NCBI GenBank assembly: GCA_964016885.1
Contig: OZ024756.1
Location: 11,036,001 to 11,100,000 of the forward strand
From: Eledone cirrhosa
Taxonomy: Eukaryota
Reading direction: 5' to 3'
Length of the DNA stretch: 64,000 bases
Position 1 is the stretch's first letter. Each line of letters opens with the position of its first letter. Both the position numbers and the translations under genes were made by a program. The notes under the pieces were generated by a model. It was given only the letters and a program-made list of their open reading frames with translations. It searched no databases and was not told the DNA's origin. Positions 56,703 to 64,000 of this stretch are shown here, one piece after another.

Positions 56703-58445
56703 ATCATCATCATTTTACATCCACTTTTCCCTGCTTGCAAGGGTGAGACGGATCCTATTCAGCACAGCATCTCTCCATTCGTCATGGTCCTTTGTCATCT
56801 CCGTGAGCTTCAGAGATCTGAGGTCTGCTCTCACCAACTCCGCCAATTATTTTCATGGTCTTCCTCTACAGCGGATTTCCACTGGGATTTCTTGGCACTT
56901 CTTTACCCAGCGGTCATCCTCCATGTGCATCACATGTCCATACCAACGCAGTTTTCTCTCCCATATACTACAGTTCATCCCTCTTATATACAGTTTCCCT
57001 CTCAACCCGTCTGTTCTTGGTTGTTCACGCACATTGACATTGCACATCCAACAGAACATGCTTGCTTCCTTTCTCTCCCGCCGTCACATATCCTCTGCAG
57101 TTGCTGCCCATGTCTCATTACCATGCAGCATCATGCATCTCACACAAGCATCATATAACAGGCCTTTCGTTCACAGGGAGAAACCCTTCTTTGTCAATGG
57201 AGGAAGCAGCTCTCTATATTTCTTCCAACCCGTTCTTATTCTAGATACTATGGCCTCGGAGCACCCTTTTCCCTTGCTAATCTGATCTCCTAGGTATCGG
57301 AAGCTATCCACCACATCTATAGATCCTACCTGCATTTGATAATGTGTCTATCACTGACACTTCTACTGTCAAATTTCCCTGAACATCTACTGCATTTGTA
57401 GTGTTCCCTACCTGTTAGTTTGCCTGCTATCCCACTACATCTGTACTCAAGATCTGCATTGTGTACATTCTATAGAGTTTATGCCAGTTCCTTTTCTACA
57501 TTTTGAACATGGCTATTTCCCTAATGGAATCAGAGTCTTGTCCTCTTTTCTACTTATCAACACTTTTGTCTTAGTTAGGTTTATTCTCAGTCCTTTTGAT
57601 TCCAACTTCTGTTTCCATAGCCAGAATTTCTTCTCTAGCTCCTCTACTGATTCTGCTATAAGAACCAGATCATCAACATAGAGAAGTTCCCATGGGCAAC
57701 CAGTCTTAAACTCCTCTGTTATGGCTTGGAGGACTATAATGGACAAGAGCAGGCTGAGGACCGAACCCTGATGTACTCCTATTTGTATCTGGAATTCCTC
57801 ACTAAACTCCATTCCTACTCTCACTTTACTGACAGCACCCCTGTATATAGCTTACACTATCCTCACAAGCCATTCCTCTACACTTAGTTTCCTTAGGGAC
57901 CACCAGATGACAGATCAGGGTGCTCTATCAAAGGCCTTCTCTAGGTCAACAAAAGCTAAGTATAGTGGCTTATTCTTCTCTAAGAACCTCTCTTGTAGTT
58001 GTCTCACTAAGAAGAGGGCATCTGTTGTACTTTTTCCAGGCACAAAACCAAACTGCATCTCATCTAATTTGACCCTTTCTCTAACTAGTTGCGCTTATAT
58101 CCTTTCTGTCACTTTCATAACCTGATCAAACAGTTTTATGCCCCTATAATTGCTCCTCTCCAGAGCATCCCCTTTACTTTTGTAGCAATTTAAGAGAATA
58201 TTGCTGCACCAGTCTTTGGGTATGACACTGCCATATAAAGCCTAATTGATGATACGTGCAACTAGTTTAGTGCCTACTTCTCCTGATGCCTTCAGCATCT
58301 CAGCAACTATCCCCGACGGTCCAGCAGCCTTCCCACTTTTCATTTACTTAATTGCCTTTTGGACCCTATAGTCGTCAATCTCAATAGCTGTCCCTCTGTC
58401 GGGTCTACTGAGGGTAATTTCTCTCTCTCTCCCATTCGTTCTCAA
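56703..58445 (-). mobile_element. RTE-clade LINE RT fragment with 3' end
   Basis: IGVHQGSVLSLLL, ELLYVDDLVLIAES, GLRINLTKTK, LRWYGHV, RGRP; (GAT)n tail. Confidence 0.9.
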
Positions 58446-58469
58446 CATCCATCAGTCTGTTTGCATTTG

Positions 58470-59440
58470 GGGCAGAGGAGGGAGTTCCTACCTTCACCTT
58501 TCCTACATACTGAGCAAGGCCATTTCCCTGAGGGGATCTGTGTTCTGTTTTCTTGTCTACTTTCGAGGACCTTAATCTTTGTCGGGTTGACTTTGATACC
58601 CTTTCTTTCTAGTCTCTACTTCCATATTAGTAATTTCTTCTCTAGTTCCACCATAGATTCAGCTATAAGTGCGAGATCATCCGCATATAGGAGTTTCCAT
58701 GGGCATCCGGTCTTAAACTCCTTTGTTATTGCCTGCAATACTATAATGAACAGGAGAGGGCTAAGAACAGAGCCCTGGTGGACACCGACCTGTATGCTAA
58801 TTCCTCGCTATAGTATAGTCATTGTTAACATTGCTGACTGCTCCCTTGTACAGCTTTCACAAGCCAGTCATCTACTCCTAGTTTTCTAAGAGCCCACCAG
58901 ATTATAGCACGGGGGACTCTATCGAAGGCTTTTCCAGATCGACAAATGCCAGGTAGAGCGGCTTACTTTTAGCTAGGTACTTTTTTTGTAACTGCCTCAC
59001 AAGGAAGAGCGCATCAGTGGTGCCTTTTCCTGGCACAAACCCAAATTGCATCTCACCTAGTTTTTTTTCGGCCCCTAATCAACTGTGCTATAACTTTTTC
59101 CATTACTTTCATGACCTGGTCAATCATCTTTATACCTCTAAAGTTTCCTCTATCTAGTGCATCACCTTTACCCTTGTAGCAGTTGACAATGATGCTGCTG
59201 CACCAATCCTTTGGTAAGACACCATCTAGTATTACCTGGTTAACAATACGTGTGGTTATGGTGTGACCTACGGACCCAGATGCTGTCAGCATCTCAGCAG
59301 CTATACCCGATGGACCAGTTGCCTTCCCAGTCTTCATATCTTTAATTGCCTTACTACGCTGCCACTGACTTGTACTGCTGGCCCCTCTATAGGGTCTACT
59401 TGGGGTAGGGTCTCTTTCTCCCATACATTCTCCTCATTTA
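58470..59440 (-). mobile_element. Second RTE-clade RT fragment
   Basis: MKTGKATGPSGIAAEML, DWCSSIIVNCYKGKGDALDRGNFRGIK; reverse-strand VHQGSVLSP and LYADDL. Confidence 0.88.
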
Positions 59441-59507
59441 GTAATCTTTCTAGTAATAATAGATTTACTAGAAAGACATTGAAAACTATGTCTAAGCCCA
59501 GCCCAAT

Positions 59508-59644
59508 AAATGGGTGGGAGGGAAGATACCTGACACAGGTGGTATGGCTAATGGGTGGGAGGGAAGATACCTGACACAGATGGTATGGCTAATGGGTGGG
59601 AGGGTATATACCTGACACAGATGGTATGGCTAATGGGTGGGAGG
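59508..59644. repeat. About 41-bp tandem repeat, 3.3 copies
   Basis: AATGGGTGGGAGGGAAGATACCTGACACAGATGGTATGGCT. Confidence 0.85.
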
Positions 59645-59824
59645 TTGCTATAGAGAATTTTGTTTTATCCAGCAATTAAAAACCTGACAGAATTAAAAAG
59701 TGAGATCCAGAATAAAATAATTATCCCCTTTATCTAGAATATTACCTTGTATCAACTGCACTTATTAACAATTATGTGATAAATGTGAGGATCACAAATA
59801 CCAGCTTGTTAGAATTGGGTTGCT

Positions 59825-60165
59825 CTGAAGGGTCTTTGGAGTAACTTTACTTGATAAAGTGCGTAGCTCAGAGATCAGAGAGTCACTCCTTGTAGAGCCG
59901 CTACTTCTCCGAATTGGGAGATCACATTTCCGAATCCTATGGACATGTCTCAGGAAAGAAAGTCTCAGGAAAGAATCACTAGACAGATTTTACAGGGAAA
60001 CCAACGAGCAAGAGACCCAGAGATAGACCCCATGGATAACATCCATGAGCTTGGCTGGTCACACTTGGGGATCCAGCTGGATCAGTTGGAGATGGTTGCT
60101 TCTGACAAGACCCATTGGAAGGAGTGTTTGAGGACTCTGCCCCAAAGACCTTTTCAGGAAGAAAT
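59825..60165 (+). mobile_element. RTE-like LINE 3' fragment
   Basis: GVTLLDKVRSSEIRESLLVEPLLLRI, YGHV, ERITRQIL, LGWSHLGI..WKECL..LPQRP. Confidence 0.75.
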
Positions 60166-60299
60166 GGAAGAAGAAGAAAAAGATGATGTTAGGATACGTG
60201 GTTTCTAGTATTTTAACCGATGGATTTTCTTTCAACAAACCAACCCCTTATTACAATATATCATTGAAATGGAGTGAATTTAAAGATATGAGTAATAAT

Positions 60300-60486
60300 T
60301 GTTTCTACTTTAGGCACAAGGCCAGCAATTACCCAGTGCATTACTGGTACTTTATTTTATCGACCCCGTAAGGATTAAAGGCAAAATCTACCTCGGCGGG
60401 ATTTGAACTCAGATCGTAAAGGGACGTAACTATGCTGGAAAGCATGGCGTCCGACCCTCTACCGATACTGCAAATCCACCGCCCTC
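60300..60486 (-). mobile_element. Full-length family A SINE with 16-bp TSD
   Basis: AGATATGAGTAATAAT at 60284 and 60487. Confidence 0.9.
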
Positions 60487-60555
60487 AGATATGAGTAATA
60501 ATACTTCTAATATACATTAAAATAGAAAATGTAGATATCATTATATAACTTAATA

Positions 60556-60644
60556 GACTTTGCCTTTCATCCTTACGGGGTCGATAAAATAAAGTACCAG
60601 TAATGCACTGGGTAATTGCTGGCCTTGTGCCTAAAGTAGAAACA
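60556..60644 (+). mobile_element. 5'-truncated family A SINE with 16-bp TSD
   Basis: ATTATATAACTTAATA at 60540 and 60645. Confidence 0.88.
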
Positions 60645-61440
60645 ATTATATAACTTAATACACACAATTTGCTTGTTCAAAAAAAGAAAGAAAAAGCTAT
60701 AACAATAAACTACTGTTTAATGACGTATATATACATTTTCTCTGAGAGACAGATACTGCAGCTACTACTACCCAGCTTATGTTTTGGTATAATTCTAAAA
60801 CACATTAAAATAGAAAATGTAAAGATCATTTGGCTTAATGCCCCATTCAATCTTATTATAAGTACACATATTGATAAACACTTTTTTAAAACTTAAGTAA
60901 ACACTTTGTGAAGAATTTTGAAATTATCAAAAGTAATAATGTTAAATTTAGCATCAGCTGTACGCACAATTTTGCTATAGAAATAGCAAACATCAATAGT
61001 AATATCTTTAAATTGCTCTATTAATACTTTTATAACTTCTCATTCATAAAACCATCTTAATCCCATAAATTGACCATTAAATCGTTTCTTTTTTGAAACC
61101 GGCAATTTATTATATTTATAACTGGTAATACAATTTCCAAAGATTATATCATGTTAACTGAAAATAATTTTAAAAGGCGATTTAATCAGCACCAATATTC
61201 CTTTATATATCTGGAGATATTTTTAGATATAAATTTATCAAAATACATGTGAGATTTGAAGAAAAAATTATTTGGAATATATTACAACATACCAAAACAG
61301 CTGGGTAACAGTAGCTGCAGTATCTGTCTCTCAGAGAAAATGAATACATATGTCATTAAATAGTAGTTTATTTTTATTGTCTTTCTTGCATTTTTTTTTT
61401 TTCGAACAAGCAAATTGTGTGTATTAAATTATATAATGAT
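60645..61440. repeat. Diverged inverted repeat (about 150-bp arms, 60645-60790 / 61289-61440) enclosing PLE endonuclease remnants
   Basis: TCTCTGAGAGACAGATACTGCAGCTACT / AGTAGCTGCAGTATCTGTCTCTCAGAGA and ACACACAATTTGCTTGTTC / GAACAAGCAAATTGTGTGT. Confidence 0.82.
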
Positions 61441-62024
61441 AATTACAAATAAAATATCAATAAAAAGAGCCAGAAAGAATAAAAAATAAGTGAGAAGACA
61501 AACTCAGTTACAGCAGAGAATGCTAGTGATGCTGAGGCAAGCCAAGACACTCATGAATATATTGTTTCATAAAAACTTCATCTGAAACATCTGTTCATAA
61601 TATATTTGTCATCATAAATCAAAGCATTTGTTAAAATATTCTAAATCAGCAAATGGCTAAAAACCAAATTGTTATCTAATACATTAATCCATACTCTAGA
61701 AAAAAAAAATCAGAAATTTTCATGAGTTAATGTGCATTAAATATTGACTATTTTTATCGTTATATATCCAAAAGACTGGTGAATGACTAACAGCTTTATA
61801 CAATAACATGCCATCTGCTTCAAAAGGTTCTATAATTTTAACATATATATTCAATGTTTTGAAATATTCTTTAAAATTTCATATAAAAATATAAAATTGT
61901 TCCATATATTTCATGTATTTCTTTTTCATGCTAGCAGGGGCTGGACAAGACTTTTTCAGGCTGTCTTCTACATCTGGATGTTCTTTCTAATGCCAACTAT
62001 TGTTTATTTTCTAAGTGTGGGAGT

Positions 62025-62335
62025 TATTCTGGTGGCAAATTAACAGAGTTGTGGGAATGACAGAATGCTTTGCAGTATTCTTTCTGTCACTCTGCTTTCT
62101 CAGTTCAAATCCTGCCAAGGTCGACTTTGCCTTTCATCCTTTCAAGGTCGATAAAAAAAAGTACCAGTCTTGTACTGGGTACGATTCTTCTTCTATATCT
62201 CTTTCACACATCTATCCGTTCTCTATGCTTCTCTGGAAGAAATCTACTGTATTCAGACCTGGAGAGAAGATGGACTCTGCCACGTTTTAAAATGGCTGCC
62301 ATATGTGAATGTGGTTCTCCTACGACTCCCCCAGG
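62025..62335 (+). mobile_element. Family A SINE variant with alternative 3' extension
   Basis: CAGTTCAAATCCTGCCAAGGTCGACTTTGCCTTTCATCC; extension matches 8905-9050. Confidence 0.72.
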
Positions 62336-62479
62336 AGGTACGGAGGAGAAGAGATGAGAGATGAGACTTATTAAACTCATCTTCACTCATCAAATTGTTA
62401 AGTCACAGGATATAAACAAACGCCAATGTTTTCGTTCATTTTTTTTTAAGTGATGTCAATATACACAGAGAAATGCACA

Positions 62480-62740
62480 TATGTACACACACACTATTGC
62501 ACACACACACACACATCATCATCATCATCATCATCATCATTTGATGTCCATACATACACATATGCACACACACACACACACATCATCATCATCATTTGAT
62601 ATCCATACATACTCACACACATACTCACACACATACTCACACACATACTCACACACATGCACACACACACACACAGATCATCATCATCATTATTTGATGT
62701 CAATACATACAGACACACACACATCATCATCATCATTTGA
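62480..62740. repeat. Mixed (CA)n/(CAT)n low-complexity tract
   Basis: Direct reading. Confidence 0.85.
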
Positions 62741-63006
62741 TGTCTATTTTTCCTTGTTAGCAATGGCTGGACAGGTCAACATCCGTTAAGCCAGTAGTTA
62801 ATCAGTGCTACTAACCTCTTAAATTGACCAAAGGTCAGCTGCATCATACTTACACGTGTTTCTGCACTCCTTAAAGTGCACTGTCTGCATTTGATCATGA
62901 CACCAGCACTAGAGAGGTTGCCATACCCCTGATACACACACACATATATGTTTTCTGGTATGCTATGTTGTTAGAGGAGATGAATTGATTGAGGTATCTA
63001 TATCTT

Positions 63007-63054
63007 ATTTAATTCTGATGACACCTCCTAGGATGAAACATATGTAAATTAAAT
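63007..63054 (+). ncRNA. Minimal type I hammerhead ribozyme
   Basis: atttaatt CTGATGA cacctcctaggat GAAA catatg TA aattaaat; perfect 8-bp stem I, palindromic stem III, weak stem II (cct/agg). Confidence 0.75.
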
Positions 63055-63086
63055 TATGATAAAATTAACAGTGTTTGGTAATATTT

Positions 63087-63100
63087 AATATATGTGTGTG

Positions 63101-63133
<33 letters not shown>

Positions 63134-63405
63134 TTATATGTGCATGTGCGTATATATAAATATATACACACACATATACATATGCACATACATATGCATA
63201 TATATACATATATATGTGTGAGTGTATATATATATGTGTGCGCACATGTGTGTGTGTGTTTGTGCATTTTTGTGTGCATGTGTATGTGTGTGTATGTGAG
63301 TGTGCGTGTGCATGTGTATATATATGTGTGTGTATGTGTGTGTGTGTATGTGAGTGTGCATGTGCATGTGTATATATGTGTGTGTGTACATGTGTATGTG
63401 TGTGT
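63087..63405. repeat. (TG/TA)n microsatellite
   Basis: Direct reading. Confidence 0.92.
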
Positions 63406-63589
63406 TTAATGAACTTGTACATAGTGTTGTTTTGTACTTTTCAAGAATGCCTTGCTAATATGGTTTCATGAGGTACTGGACATTAAGAGCCATTCCACAT
63501 TAATAAACCCCAACCAATCATCTTGAAATTGAAGGCTCCATTAGATAATGTAGTCCTTGATGTATATATCTTTTTAAAAATTTTAAATA

Positions 63590-64000
63590 TAAAGCCTTGG
63601 GTGTATCTTGAAGGCGATGCCAACATCATTTGGGCAGTGATGATGGAACATTTTCCACATCATGCAGATAATATAACGCTCACGGCGACGTTGGAGTGAG
63701 TAAAGTTTCAGGTTTTCCAATCGACCCCAGTAGTCAAGGTCTGACATGCCATCTATCTTTTTCGTGATTGCCCTTTGAGGAGCTTCAAGTTTCATGATAC
63801 TTTGTTTCGTGTGGGGAGACCACAGTGGACAACAGTATTCAAGGTGTGGTCGGGCGAAAGTAGAGAAGAGAAGGATAATGGTGCGGGAATCTCTCGACTG
63901 GAAGGTTCTGAGGATCCAGGAACACATTCTGCGGGCCATGTCAACTTTGCTGCTTATATGCGTGGTCCAGCTTATGTTGCTGTCCACGGTTACTCCCAAG
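63590..64000 (-). mobile_element. CR1/Jockey-group LINE RT C-terminal fragment; continues past the window end
   Basis: LGVTVDSNISWTTHI, RPHLEYCCPLWSP, YWGRLENLKLYSLQRRRER. Confidence 0.88.

Larger units (their letters stand above)
60225..61270 (+). mobile_element. Highly decayed, interrupted Penelope-like fragment
   Basis: FNKPTPYYNISLK, KIIWLNAPFNL, TENNFKRRFNQH, LSKYM*DLK correspond in order to motifs of the other PLE fragments. Confidence 0.65.

Noticed and set aside
61310-61360. HHR-like CTGCAGTA tctg..caga GAAA in the inverted arm
   Set aside because: First box is non-canonical and no stem I was found
62915-62931. GGTTGCCATACCCCTG resembling a hAT-type terminal inverted repeat
   Set aside because: No partner terminus or TSD found in the window

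Overview
Repeat-dominated eukaryotic (metazoan) DNA with no intact protein-coding gene. The SINE set, RTE and Penelope-like relics and dense TA/CA/GAT microsatellites look like an octopus/cephalopod genome (inference from remembered repeat motifs, not a search). Over half of the window is tandem repeat (16, 62, CA-rich, 78, 21, 36, 48 and 139 bp units), and all very long ORFs are artefacts of these arrays. Between arrays lie decayed retroelements: four Penelope-like (PLE, GIY-YIG) fragments, RTE, R4/Dong-like and CR1-like LINE fragments, a pogo/Tigger relic and three SINE families. Two things stand out. (1) About eleven minimal type I hammerhead ribozyme (HHR) motifs or cores occur on both strands; the best show compensatory base changes, and six sit in small non-coding foldback units, mostly next to (TA)n runs. 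(2) Five satellites can be traced base by base to short pieces of retroelements whose unamplified relatives are in the same window.
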